DNA of 64,000 bases, from assembly GCA_964596355.1 (NCBI GenBank), contig CAZQTD010000004.1, forward strand, positions 1,183 to 65,182, read 5' to 3'. Under the pieces are notes generated by a model. The model was not told the origin of the DNA and made no database searches. It worked only from the letters and a program-made list of their open reading frames with translations. Origin of the DNA: an uncultured Gammaproteobacteria bacterium. Lineage in GTDB: Bacteria > Patescibacteriota > Microgenomatia > UBA10105 > UBA927. Every line of letters begins with the position of its first letter. Position 1 is the first letter of the stretch. The translations under genes and the position numbers were made by a program. Below, piece by piece: positions 1 to 10,046 of this stretch.

Positions 1-361
1 ACTTATGGAGGGAATATACGGTAAGACAACTTGTTCCGTACGTTCATCTGCCAAGAATATATACGCTGAAATTCAACGCCTCGCATCCGAAGGAAGATAT
101 TTTGCATTAATACATTGGCCCCCCAGATGAAGATGCTCAATGTGTCTTACGCTACGACAATGGCAAATGCAGTCAGACACATGACCCATGGCACAAGAGC
201 TAATAAAAGTCCGTCTGACATGGTTATATCCAGCCGTAAACCTCAAGAATAAATCGCAGGACGTAACAATTGCCGGCCATATAAACCCCTTTCTCATGGT
301 TTTAAGCGTATCGCTATAACACCAGAAACGAAAAATCAAGGCAACGTCTCATTATGAAGAC

Positions 362-973
362 TTAAATCCCGTAGTCGGGTTTAGGAAGAAGACCAAATTG
401 GTTGAACGGCCAGTAGCGCAGGAATGCAACGCCGATAAAATCTTCTTTGACAATCGGCCCAAATTCGCGTGAATCCGAGCTGTGCGGCCGATTATCGCCG
501 ACCACGAAGTAGGTGCCCGGCGGGACAATAATGTCTTCACCCTCTTGAAGATATGATCCGCCAAACGTCACTGTGTCGGGCGCAAGGTACGGCTCCATAA
601 GCATCTGCCCATTGATAAAAAACGCGCTTTTCTCCAGCCGCACCGTATCCCCGGGCAACCCAATAACGCGCTTGATGTAGTCAATCTCTTTGTTCCGTGG
701 AGATTTAAAAATGACAACGTCTCCCCGCTGGGGATCGCGGAACTTGTAAAGCACTTTATTCGTTAAGATATACTCACCGTTGTGAAAATTTGGCTCCATG
801 GATGCGCCGTTTATCTCCTGCGGAGCCATGATGAAGAGGTAAATCATCACGAGTACCGCCAAAAAAACCACAATACCCTGCAAAAAATCAAAAACAGCCG
901 TGATGGTGCGCTTTACCATAGGCCAAAAACGATATACTACTTTTAGTGTAGGTGATATAATAAGGATCGTCAA
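362..973 (-). CDS. lepB: signal peptidase I
   Basis: 203 aa. N-terminal TM helix followed by GASMEPNF and KRVIGLPGDTV, typical S26 signal peptidase I catalytic Ser region and box motifs. Confidence 0.85.
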   Translation of the reverse strand: MTILIISPTLKVVYRFWPMVKRTITAVFDFLQGIVVFLAVLVMIYLFIMAPQEINGASMEPNFHNGEYILTNKVLYKFRDPQRGDVVIFKSPRNKEIDYIKRVIGLPGDTVRLEKSAFFINGQMLMEPYLAPDTVTFGGSYLQEGEDIIVPPGTYFVVGDNRPHSSDSREFGPIVKEDFIGVAFLRYWPFNQFGLLPKPDYGI

Positions 974-986
974 CCGGTCATTTCAG

Positions 987-1060
987 GGACCCGTAGCTCA
1001 GCTGGTCAGAGCGTTTCATTGACATTGAAAAGGTCAGAGGTTCAACTCCTCTCGGGTCCA
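987..1060 (+). tRNA. tRNA-Val (anticodon GAC)
   Basis: 74-nt cloverleaf read directly. Acceptor GGACCCG/CGGGTCC, D-arm GCTC-AGCTGGTCA-GAGC, anticodon stem TTTCA/TGAAA with loop TTGACAT (anticodon GAC), T-arm AGAGG-TTCAACT-CCTCT, discriminator A. No encoded CCA. Confidence 0.85.
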
Positions 1061-1066
1061 CAAACC

Positions 1067-1879
1067 TTACTTTCCTCCGAGTTTGCTGTGGATTGTTTTG
1101 AGCATTGCGCTCGTAGTCTCCAGATTCCCGCGAATGACAAAAACAAGCCGCGCTTCAACTTTGGACTGCGTAATTTTGACCAGTCCATTGACCGCCTGCG
1201 CCAGATCCTTGGCTATGTTGTCAAGCTCGTCGCTGTGGATGCGCTCCACCCGCTGTGAAGGCTTTTGATTGCTTTGAGCCTTCAATCGTCTTGCAAGATC
1301 TTCTGCGCGTCGAACCGATGCGCTTTCGGTCAAAATCGTTTTGTACGCCTCAACCATGAGCTTGATATCACCCAAACCTGCGATCGCTCGCGCGTGGCCT
1401 TCGGTGATTGCGCCAGAGATGAGTCCGTCTTTGATTGCATCCGGAAGCGCCAGAAGCCGCATCGTGTTGCTGACGTATGACTCGCTTTTGCCGACACGCT
1501 TGGCGATCTCTGCGAGCGGCAACCCAAATTCTTCAATCAGCCGCTGAAACGCCTGCGCGCGCTCAATGGGGTTTAGATCTTCTCTTTGAACGTTTTCTAC
1601 TATCGCCATCTCCAGCATCCCCTTGGCGGTTGTCTCTTTGACAATTACCGGCACTGTCGTAAGGTTAGCCAGTTTCGCCGCTCTCCAGCGCCTTTCCCCT
1701 GCAATCAACTGGTATCCGGCCGGCGTTTTTGCTACCACAAGTGGCTCAATGATGCCGTGTTCCTTAATGGAATTGACCAAATCGGTGAGCGAATCTGGTG
1801 AAATGAGCCCTCTTGGCTGAAGGGGGTTGGATTGAACAATGTCTATATCGAGGTGCAACACCTGTTGAGTGTCAGACAT
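1067..1879 (-). CDS. parB: ParB/Spo0J family chromosome partitioning protein (no adjacent parA)
   Basis: 270 aa. ParB N-terminal box GIIEPLVV...YQLIAGERRWRAAKLA followed by an HTH region. No ParA/Soj gene next to it. Confidence 0.8.
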   Translation of the reverse strand: MSDTQQVLHLDIDIVQSNPLQPRGLISPDSLTDLVNSIKEHGIIEPLVVAKTPAGYQLIAGERRWRAAKLANLTTVPVIVKETTAKGMLEMAIVENVQREDLNPIERAQAFQRLIEEFGLPLAEIAKRVGKSESYVSNTMRLLALPDAIKDGLISGAITEGHARAIAGLGDIKLMVEAYKTILTESASVRRAEDLARRLKAQSNQKPSQRVERIHSDELDNIAKDLAQAVNGLVKITQSKVEARLVFVIRGNLETTSAMLKTIHSKLGGK

Positions 1880-1882
1880 GGA

Positions 1883-2140
1883 TTATGCGTTTTTAGGCAG
1901 GACCGATACATATTGTTTCCCCCGAATGAAATGGAATTGGACATTGCCCGGAGACGTCGCAAAAATCGTAAAATCTTTGCCCATTGCGACCCCCTCACCC
2001 GGGTGAACCTTCGTTCCCTTTTGTCGGACGATGATGTTGCCGGGCCGCGCCTTCTGCCCTCCATATATTTTTACACCTAAACGCTTGGATATAGAATCTT
2101 TATTGCCTGCTGCGGTGCCGCCTGCTTTTACGTGTGCCAT
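1883..2140 (-). CDS. rpmA: 50S ribosomal protein L27
   Basis: 85 aa. [29 protein letters not shown] is a canonical L27 N-terminus with no Prp-cleavable extension. Confidence 0.9.
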   Translation of the reverse strand: MAHVKAGGTAAGNKDSISKRLGVKIYGGQKARPGNIIVRQKGTKVHPGEGVAMGKDFTIFATSPGNVQFHFIRGKQYVSVLPKNA

Positions 2141-2159
2141 ACGCTGTCTCTTTCACCTG

Positions 2160-3338
2160 CTACGACTCTGAAACCACTCCATGCTTCTTACGAATGATAT
2201 AAAATTCTCTTCGTACGACTGCATGTTCTCTGCCGTAGTCTATGGGCTCTGTGTGGATAGTATATCCAAGGGTTTCACACATGTCAACAACGGTTTTCAC
2301 GAAATACTCTCTCCCGTTTATCACATATTTTGGCAATGCAATAATCACGATGCCATCGGGTTTAAGCACCGGATACCAATCGCGCAAACACCCTATATAA
2401 AGTTTCTCTAAGCCCTTTATGATATTGCGAATGTACTGCGAGGACACATGGGTTTGGGTGACGGCGCGAGCATTTCCCATATAAGGCTCTGTGACGATTG
2501 CATCAACAGAAGACGCTGCTAGCTCGTGTGATAGGTGAACAGCATCGCAAGGGAAGACACGCTCAATGCGACCGGAGACATCGGGTGTATGCCGTATGAT
2601 CCACGTCAGATTTTCAAACGCCTTCCTTGCGGCGTCATGCGACCTGTCACTTCCGAGCACGCGCCAGCCCCGCAGAAGCGCTTCAGCAAGAATTGTCCCC
2701 ATACCGCAGAACGGGTCCGCCAAGGTTTTGGTTGCGGCAACATCCAGTTCGCCGGAGCGTTGGGCGATGTTGACGATCATGCGAGCAATTTTTGGCGGCA
2801 ACATGCCGCTGCGCGTATCTGCGTGCGGCCGAGCATAATCCCTGTGGCTCCACGCCTCAAACCGTTGCACGGCAACCGTGCTGCCCAATATAAAACCATC
2901 GTTCCATCGGACGATAACCACATCATGAACGCCTGCCTTTGTTATGACTGCGCTTGACAGCGCCTGGCGTTGCCGAGGCTGAATGAAGCGACTGGAACGA
3001 CCTTGCTTAATCATCAGCTCTTTTATATGACGCAGTAAAGACGGCACAGGCATTGGAGGCGGCTGGCCATACCAGCTTACACCAAAAGGACTAGACGCCC
3101 CAGCTGTGTCAAGAACCGCAAGAACGTGCGACGGGTCAAATGAATTGCCGCTTCGTATAACGCGGGCAATTTTTACCGTCCCCCCTAACACGCGTATAAA
3201 CAACGGCGCGTCAAGCTCCTCCGTCATTTCAACCAGGGCAACATCTTCCGCTATGCGTGCTGTTTTGGGGAAAAATACATGAAGCTCTGCGATTGATAAG
3301 GCGGGGGTCCTGCCAAACACAAACAGGTATGACGCCAT
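2160..3338 (-). CDS. THUMP-domain class I SAM-dependent RNA (guanine-N2) methyltransferase, Trm11/RlmL-like
   Basis: 392 aa. SAM motif I DPFCGMGTI and motif IV-like VTEPYMG. The N-terminal half is consistent with a THUMP RNA-binding domain. Inserted between rplU and rpmA. Confidence 0.6.
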   Translation of the reverse strand: MASYLFVFGRTPALSIAELHVFFPKTARIAEDVALVEMTEELDAPLFIRVLGGTVKIARVIRSGNSFDPSHVLAVLDTAGASSPFGVSWYGQPPPMPVPSLLRHIKELMIKQGRSSRFIQPRQRQALSSAVITKAGVHDVVIVRWNDGFILGSTVAVQRFEAWSHRDYARPHADTRSGMLPPKIARMIVNIAQRSGELDVAATKTLADPFCGMGTILAEALLRGWRVLGSDRSHDAARKAFENLTWIIRHTPDVSGRIERVFPCDAVHLSHELAASSVDAIVTEPYMGNARAVTQTHVSSQYIRNIIKGLEKLYIGCLRDWYPVLKPDGIVIIALPKYVINGREYFVKTVVDMCETLGYTIHTEPIDYGREHAVVRREFYIIRKKHGVVSES

Positions 3339-3339
3339 G

Positions 3340-3648
3340 TTATCCTATAGAAGTTATCTGCACCTTTGATACCTCGGGACGAAATCCTCGCTTCCTGCGG
3401 TACCGCACTTTGGCTTTAAATCTTCGGATCTCAATCTTATCGCCTTTTTCCTGCGCAAGTATTGTGGCTGTCACTTTCGCCCCGCGTACATATGGCGCGC
3501 CGATTTTAGTTTCTTTGTCATTGCCGACGAGTAAAACGTCTTTGATCGTCACGGATTCGCCCGGTTTGCCTTCGAGCTTCGCGACAGAAAGGATGTCTCC
3601 CTCTTTTACTTTATATTGTTTCCCGCCAAGAAAAATAACCGCGAACAT
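3340..3648 (-). CDS. rplU: 50S ribosomal protein L21
   Basis: MFAVIFLGGKQYKVKEGD...VRYRRKRGFRPE is canonical L21. The ORF track extends to 3726, but the internal Met at 3648 matches the conserved L21 N-terminus. Confidence 0.9.
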   Translation of the reverse strand: MFAVIFLGGKQYKVKEGDILSVAKLEGKPGESVTIKDVLLVGNDKETKIGAPYVRGAKVTATILAQEKGDKIEIRRFKAKVRYRRKRGFRPEVSKVQITSIG

Positions 3649-3671
3649 ATGAGGTTTTAATTGTATCAAGG

Positions 3672-4757
3672 CTACAAACCAATTGCAATGGCGCGCCTTT
3701 TTGCTTTCCCTCGCCGAAGACTCCACAAAAAGCCAAACGCGATGGCAGTCGAGAGAATTGAACTGCCGCCGTACGAAACAAGCGGGAGGGTAATGCCGGT
3801 TATCGGAATAAGCCCCATGTTCATGCCGGCATTGATAACCACCTGTGTTATTAGCATCGCAAAAAGGCCGATGGAATAGACAAAAACGCCCGCGTCATCG
3901 CGATACTCCAGAAAAAGCGAGGAAATGATGCGACCAAGCAGAAGTGCGTAAAGTAAAAGCAACACAGCCCCGCCGATAAATCCCAGCTCCTCTACAAGCG
4001 TCGCGAAAATGAAATCCGTGTGGTGCTCCGGCAAAAACCGTAAGTGGCTTTGCGTGCCGCGCCCCAATCCTCTGCCAAAAAGCTGCCCGCTGCCGACGGC
4101 AATCATAGACTGAAGAGCATTGTAGCCAGCGCCTGTTGGGTCAAGCGTCGGATAAAAAAACGTGAGGATCCGCGCCTTCTGATATGGAGCAAACGCTGTC
4201 CATAAAAGCGGAAGGAGAAAAATGCCGCCAGCCAAACCGGCCAAAAAGACACCGATTGGCAATCCCCCGGCAAGAAGCATCGAAACCCAGAATCCTCCGT
4301 AAACAATGCTGCTTCCTAAATCCGGCTGCTTAAATACCAAAAGGAACGGGATTAGAAAAAGCCCGATGTGAAAAATTATGTTGCGCGGATTGCGGGGCGA
4401 CAGTCGCGTCAAAAAATATGCAAATGCCAAAAGGAAAAACGGCTTGGCGAGCTCTGACGGCTGCAGCTGTACTGAACCAATAACAATCCAGCGCGTGGCG
4501 CCGCGGATTGCCGGACCAGCGTAAGACGTCATAAGAAATGCGGTAGCAAAAACATACCCGATGGGAGCAAACCACCAAAGGAGGGAAGGATCTATTCGTG
4601 AGCATAACAATAATAAAACGCCTGCAATCGTCAGATAAACCAGTTGAGACGCAAAAAACGAGAACCCCAGCGTCAAAAGGATAAAAAGCCCAAATGACCC
4701 CAAACAAAGAAGAAGAAGAACAGTTATCCAGTCAAAATAGCGATTGTTTTGCCCCAT
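3672..4757 (-). CDS. SEDS family peptidoglycan glycosyltransferase (FtsW/RodA/SpoVE), probable RodA
   Basis: 361 aa, polytopic. Conserved SEDS C-terminal region GSGQLFGRGLGRGTQSHLRFLPEHHTDFIFA. This is the second SEDS copy in the window; the other lies in the dcw cluster. Confidence 0.8.
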   Translation of the reverse strand: MGQNNRYFDWITVLLLLCLGSFGLFILLTLGFSFFASQLVYLTIAGVLLLLCSRIDPSLLWWFAPIGYVFATAFLMTSYAGPAIRGATRWIVIGSVQLQPSELAKPFFLLAFAYFLTRLSPRNPRNIIFHIGLFLIPFLLVFKQPDLGSSIVYGGFWVSMLLAGGLPIGVFLAGLAGGIFLLPLLWTAFAPYQKARILTFFYPTLDPTGAGYNALQSMIAVGSGQLFGRGLGRGTQSHLRFLPEHHTDFIFATLVEELGFIGGAVLLLLYALLLGRIISSLFLEYRDDAGVFVYSIGLFAMLITQVVINAGMNMGLIPITGITLPLVSYGGSSILSTAIAFGFLWSLRRGKAKRRAIAIGL

Positions 4758-7579
4758 AGTATATCATCTGCAAGTGTTTCTTTCTGTATACGCGCTACAA
4801 GCTCCGCCGGTAGTCTCCTATGCTCACGAGGTAGCTCTACTCGGATGCGCGCGTCAATTGCGCATCCCCTTTGTTTCCGAAGCATTTGAATTGTGTGAAT
4901 AAGTTCGCGCGCAACGCCTTCGTCTTTCAGTTCCTGCGTCAGCGTAGTGTCAAGTGACACTGCAACATCGGGCGTCTCCTTTTTTGTCTGAACAAACTGC
5001 ACCTGTTTGACGTTTACTTCCTCCGCAACGATCGTCTCCACCCCAACGCTTAGTCGCTTGAAATAATCATAGCGAAGAGAAGCAAGCGGCTGGCGCACTT
5101 TTATGTTGTATTCCTTGCGCGCTGCGTGAGCCAATTCCACTACGCGTCGGGCGAGGAGCATTTCATCTTCAACGTGCGTATTGACCAACGCCGTATCTGC
5201 CGTCGGCCACGATTGTAAGTGAACCGATGTCCGTTGTCCAGTTACGCTTTGATAGACCAACTCGCTTATAAACGGAATAATCGGCGCAGTTATATAAGAC
5301 AACTGAAGAAGCACCCAGCCAAACACACCGTGTGACGCGCTGTCTGTTTTTATCCGGTTGCGACTTCTTCGCACGTACCACGTTGACAAATCAGAAACGA
5401 ATTCTTCAATAAGCCTGCAGCTTGCTATCGTGTCATATCCGTCCATCGCCCGGGTAACCGCGGAAATAAGATTGGCGGTTCGGCTTATTATCCAGACATC
5501 AAGTGGATGTGTTGCCTTTGGCGGCGCGTCGGGCGGCGGAGTTTTAACGAACAACTTGTAAAAGCTTAAGACATTCCAAATTGTACTTATAACCTTCTGA
5601 TACACTTCTTTAACCTTATCTTCGGAAAAGTTTATGTTCTCCGCCTTCATCACCACCGACCCCATAAGATAAAATCGCAGCGCATCGACGCCGTATGTTT
5701 CAAAAAGCTCCTGTGGATCGGGAAAATTCTTTTTGGACTTGCTCATTTTACTGCCGTCGCTAGCTAAAATCGTTCCAGTCGTCACGGCATTTTCAAAGGT
5801 ATGGGTGCCAAAGAGCGCAACAGACATCACATGCAGCGTATAGAACCACGCTCGCGTCTGCGCAATGTATTCTGCGATAAATTGCGCAGGGTGCGTTTTT
5901 TCAAATAGTTCTTTATTTTCAAACGGGTAATGAATCGACGCGTATGGCATGCTGCCGCTTTCTACCCAGCAATCAAACACTTCAGGAATACGCTTCCCTT
6001 TAACCGTTTTTGCGTCGTCAACCCACACCTCTACGTCGTCGAGGAATTCGCGATGAATGTCAGTAAGCGCGGCCACCTTTTCCGGTTCCACAGCCCACTT
6101 CTTGAGTTCTTCGATTGACCCAATGATCCTCGTAATCTGTTGGCTGTTTGCTGCTTGCTGTTTTTTTGTTTGACTTCGCCAAATGGGCATCGGCGTCCCC
6201 CAGTAGCGCGAGCGGGAAATATTCCAGTCGGGCGCAGTCTCCAATCCTTTCCCAAATCTTCCGTGTTTGAGATGAGCGGGGTACCAGTTGATGTGTTCAT
6301 TTTGCTCACACAGGTCGGCCTTTATTTTTTGGATATCAATAAACCACGCAGGAACCGGTGCGTAGTACAGGCGGGTATTACACCGGTAACATATGGGAAC
6401 ACTGTGAACATACGTTTCCTCCTTATACACTAATCCGCGCTTTTTAAGATCCTCATTGACCAGCGGATTGACGTCTAGGATATCTTTGCCAGCCCACAGG
6501 GTGACTTCCGGCTTAAGTTTCCCCTGATCGTCGACGTGCTCGATCATTTGAATGTTTTCTCGGGTCATCACGCGGTAGTCATCTTCTCCATAAATGGCAA
6601 GCGTCACGATACCCGTACCCTCGGTATCCGTCACATAAGAGTCGCCAACGACCACAAACACCCGCTTCCCCTTTTCCCGTGGAAAAAAGTCATAGTGACC
6701 TTCAAATTCCATCCCCACCAGCTTCGCCCCCTTAAACTCCTCGATAACGGTGAGCGGTTCCTTAGAAAGAATCGACAGTGTGCGTTTTGCCAAAATATAG
6801 TGCTCATTGTTCTGTCGTACTTTTACGTACGTCAAATCCGGATGAACGGCAAGAGCAGGAGTCGCAAGCTTATTCCACGGCGTTGTGGACCAGGCAAGCA
6901 GGTATGTATCAACTTGTCCTTTTACTCTATACATGTACACGGTTGATACGTCTTGAATATCACCATATGAGTTGTCCATCGCAATTTCAAAATTCGATAA
7001 GGGGGTCGCACATCTCGGACAATAAAGAATCACCCGCTTTCCTTCATAAATTAACCCTTTGTCATGGAGCGTCTTAAAAGCCCACCAAACCGACTCCATG
7101 TATGAACGATCCATTGTTTTATATGAATGCGTAAAATCTACCCAGCGACCGATGCGACGAATAACTTTTTCCCACTCTTTGTCAAAGCGCAGAATCGCAG
7201 CCCTGCAGGCGGCGTTAAATTTGCCTATGCCAAACTGCTCAATCGCCTTTTTACCACCTTTAAGGTTTAGTTCCTGCTCAATAATGTTTTCTATGGGGAT
7301 CCCATGGCAATCCCACCCCCACACGCGCTCAACGCGGTATCCTTTCATTGTCCAATACCTAGGGATAACGTCTTTTATAGTCGAGGCGAGTATATGTCCG
7401 TAGTGGGGCAAACCGGTTGCAAACGGAGGCCCGTCGTAAAACACGTAGCGTTTGTCTTTGGGCCGTTGGTTGAACGATTTTTCAAACGCGCGGCTTTCAT
7501 CCCAAAAATCCAACACTGCCTGCTCAAGCGCGGGAATGTCTGCCTTTTTTTGGAAATTATCGACAATAAGACTGGTCAT
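4724..7579 (-). CDS. ileS: isoleucine--tRNA ligase, eukaryote/archaeal-like type 2
   Basis: PFATGLPHYGHIL (HIGH region, type-2 form), WDCHGIPIE and KMSKS. Start taken at MTSLIVDNF, 22 codons inside the ORF-track start at 7645. Confidence 0.9.
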   Translation of the reverse strand: MTSLIVDNFQKKADIPALEQAVLDFWDESRAFEKSFNQRPKDKRYVFYDGPPFATGLPHYGHILASTIKDVIPRYWTMKGYRVERVWGWDCHGIPIENIIEQELNLKGGKKAIEQFGIGKFNAACRAAILRFDKEWEKVIRRIGRWVDFTHSYKTMDRSYMESVWWAFKTLHDKGLIYEGKRVILYCPRCATPLSNFEIAMDNSYGDIQDVSTVYMYRVKGQVDTYLLAWSTTPWNKLATPALAVHPDLTYVKVRQNNEHYILAKRTLSILSKEPLTVIEEFKGAKLVGMEFEGHYDFFPREKGKRVFVVVGDSYVTDTEGTGIVTLAIYGEDDYRVMTRENIQMIEHVDDQGKLKPEVTLWAGKDILDVNPLVNEDLKKRGLVYKEETYVHSVPICYRCNTRLYYAPVPAWFIDIQKIKADLCEQNEHINWYPAHLKHGRFGKGLETAPDWNISRSRYWGTPMPIWRSQTKKQQAANSQQITRIIGSIEELKKWAVEPEKVAALTDIHREFLDDVEVWVDDAKTVKGKRIPEVFDCWVESGSMPYASIHYPFENKELFEKTHPAQFIAEYIAQTRAWFYTLHVMSVALFGTHTFENAVTTGTILASDGSKMSKSKKNFPDPQELFETYGVDALRFYLMGSVVMKAENINFSEDKVKEVYQKVISTIWNVLSFYKLFVKTPPPDAPPKATHPLDVWIISRTANLISAVTRAMDGYDTIASCRLIEEFVSDLSTWYVRRSRNRIKTDSASHGVFGWVLLQLSYITAPIIPFISELVYQSVTGQRTSVHLQSWPTADTALVNTHVEDEMLLARRVVELAHAARKEYNIKVRQPLASLRYDYFKRLSVGVETIVAEEVNVKQVQFVQTKKETPDVAVSLDTTLTQELKDEGVARELIHTIQMLRKQRGCAIDARIRVELPREHRRLPAELVARIQKETLADDILWGKTIAILTG

Positions 7580-7719
7580 ATGCTTACGACACCAAAAAAC
7601 CGCTCTCCTTCCATTATATAAGGGCGAGCGGTCCCGCGGTACCACCTTACTTTGTTCTCATTTATGAGGGTCTACTTTCCTTTCGGATTTCTTCCTCAAG
7701 CTCCGGGGCGATACTCCCA

Positions 7720-9177
7720 TCAACGCTTTCCTTTGGAAGTATACCAAATTTTATACAATTTTGCTTCACCAACCTGTTTTTCAAGCGAAATTGCACCCAT
7801 TTTTTCCATATTTCGGATCGCCGACTGCCAGTTTTCGTTGGATTCCAGTATCTGCGTCAACCACTGGTTCGGGCGCGTATCGACGACGAGATACTCCGGC
7901 CTCCCCCCAAAATCAAGCCACCAGCACAGAGATTGACCGCACGGTTCACCCGAAATGTCATGCTGACGGGGCCATACGAGGTATATTTCTTTCCGATGGC
8001 TCATGTGCGGCACCAAATTCTGCTGGGTGGCAACGGAAGCTTCGCCGGGAACCAAAGAGATAAGGGTTCTAGTGTCTTCCATCCACGGCTCATTCTTCCA
8101 GTATTCAGCCTTAGTCAACTTATTGAGGGGCAAATGAAAAACGTATTGCAGAAGTAACGACATGCAAAGTATTCCAACAACGACTGGAGCAATCGAAACG
8201 TTTTTATATTTGAGAAACGCCAAAACGTCAATGGTCCCGAGTGCTAAAAACGGCGCAAGAATTGCCCGATGATGCATGTAGGGGCTCCACATGCGGCTAA
8301 ACTCCGGCCCTGTCACGAAATACTGAGAAAGATCCAAAAGCACCGCAATCAGTGAACCCGGAGAAAATAACGGAAGAAAAGAAAATGCGGAATAACTATA
8401 GAGCCAAACCTGCCGTTTCTCCGCGCTGTCAAACAGCCGTATGAATGCATCAACCGGGCCGTTGGGGAACTGCGGCCAATACTGAAACCCAACAGGAGAA
8501 AAACGTGTGATAATTTCTGACGCTACCAAACTAAACGATGTGCCGATAATCGCAACCATTGCTGCCCGTTTCCGAAATTCTTTGCGAAAGAACAATATCG
8601 CCGCAAGACATGCAACTGCAAGGCCCATGTTTTCCTGGGTCAACAGCGACACAACCAAGGTGATCCAGAATAATTTCTTTTTTCCTGCCTCCCAGAAATA
8701 CGCAAGCCACGACAGGAGAGCAACCCCAATGATAATTGGATGAAAGTCAAAATAGACTCCGTATTGGATACCGTAAAACAGGCTATACATAATTGCAACG
8801 ATCACGGCAGCAAATGATGAATTAAGGCGCTTTTTTGCGATGAAAAAGATAGGGAGCGCGGAAAACGTGATGATCCACGCTTGAGCAATAAGAAGGATGC
8901 GGACGTTATCCCATAGATAAAAGAGAATTCCAAAAAACGGCAATGTTAGCACAAGGTGATCGCCAAATATGACCCGCTCCTTGACCGTGTTATATGGAGG
9001 CAAACCCTTGGAAAACAGCCACACTGCCTGGTCATACAAACCCAGATCAAATCCTCCGGACTCAAAACGCCAATGTCGGACAATTGAAAGTGTGCTATAA
9101 AGAACAGACAATACAACAAGAAATAGTATGAGAAATCGAGGGGCCTTCATGGTTTGACGCGATGGCTCCTCAAACAT
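7720..9177 (-). CDS. DUF2079-like polytopic membrane protein
   Basis: 485 aa, about 12 TM segments. N-terminal RHWRFESGGFDLGLYDQAVW resembles the DUF2079 signature (R-H-x-x-F-x-S-x-x-F-D-L-G-I-F-x-Q). Function unknown. Confidence 0.55.
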   Translation of the reverse strand: MFEEPSRQTMKAPRFLILFLVVLSVLYSTLSIVRHWRFESGGFDLGLYDQAVWLFSKGLPPYNTVKERVIFGDHLVLTLPFFGILFYLWDNVRILLIAQAWIITFSALPIFFIAKKRLNSSFAAVIVAIMYSLFYGIQYGVYFDFHPIIIGVALLSWLAYFWEAGKKKLFWITLVVSLLTQENMGLAVACLAAILFFRKEFRKRAAMVAIIGTSFSLVASEIITRFSPVGFQYWPQFPNGPVDAFIRLFDSAEKRQVWLYSYSAFSFLPLFSPGSLIAVLLDLSQYFVTGPEFSRMWSPYMHHRAILAPFLALGTIDVLAFLKYKNVSIAPVVVGILCMSLLLQYVFHLPLNKLTKAEYWKNEPWMEDTRTLISLVPGEASVATQQNLVPHMSHRKEIYLVWPRQHDISGEPCGQSLCWWLDFGGRPEYLVVDTRPNQWLTQILESNENWQSAIRNMEKMGAISLEKQVGEAKLYKIWYTSKGKR

Positions 9178-9488
9178 TTGTTTCTTAAAAAGAATACAGG
9201 ATTTTTAATCATCCAGAAGAAAAACATGAAGCACATTCATCAAGCTTAATCCAAAATTCGCAATAAACAAACGTCATTTTGAACCCTGCCGCAGCGCTTG
9301 TCAAGTACCATCAGATTTTCCCGCCAGAAAATCTTTAATTCCCCGCGTTCGTACTTGGAGATTGCGCTACGGCTTATACCATTATTTTAAGAAAACCCCA
9401 ATCTTTTTGTTCAAAAAACTAAATCCAATCAAGCAAAGACTTTCGGCGGTATTCCCCAAGGAGAAAATGCAACATTTCAATTATTCTG

Positions 9489-9698
9489 TTACGTATTCAC
9501 AGATTGTTCTGGAGGTTGTCCTATGATATTTTGTGGGAATTCTGATAGATCAACAACCATAAACGTTCCCTTGGCTTTTGGTCTGAAGCCACTTTTGTCG
9601 TAGCATGCTTGCGCTTTGAGCCAATTCGTTAGTTGGTCATCTCCTGTTCTTTCCCACAGTTCATACGCTATTTGTCGAATTATTTCCCATCGGTTCAT
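9489..9698 (-). CDS. DUF2934-like small protein
   Basis: 69 aa. IRQIAYELWERTGDDQLTNWLKAQ resembles the DUF2934 core (I-R-x-R-A-Y-E-I-W-E-x-x-G-R-P...W-L-x-A-E). Confidence 0.45.
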   Translation of the reverse strand: MNRWEIIRQIAYELWERTGDDQLTNWLKAQACYDKSGFRPKAKGTFMVVDLSEFPQNIIGQPPEQSVNT

Positions 9699-10046
9699 AC
9701 TGGTGGACGCGTAACAAAGCTACCTGTACATAATACTATACTCTAGGTCGTCAAAGAAAAGCAATTCATTCCGATCGTGGTAGAAAATCGTACAGCTTCC
9801 CTCGATGTTGCATTTTCGTCGCACAGGCTGTTTTTCAAAAACGTTCGTTCACAGACAGCACGTGAGGCGGGCAGCCAGGCGTTTACTGCATCTCAAACGA
9901 CTGCTTTGGCCGCACACAATTATTATTTTTAATAAGTCTGTTTCGGCGTTTTTCTGTGTAATTTTTCTATCATGCCAGCCGAAACCGGCTGAAATCCAAA
10001 ACAAAACGCGCTTTTTTTGCGACTAGCCTATAATGACGCGCCAAAC

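Noticed and set aside
73-339. 88-aa minus-strand ORF downstream of lepB, and short open frames at 1-130 on the plus strand.
   Set aside because: Cys-rich implausible composition with no motif. This may be non-coding 3' sequence or the tail of a gene lying outside the window, and it cannot be supported.
1019-1258. 79-aa plus-strand ORF overlapping the tRNA-Val and parB.
   Set aside because: Overlaps a confidently folded tRNA and the parB 3' end; spurious.
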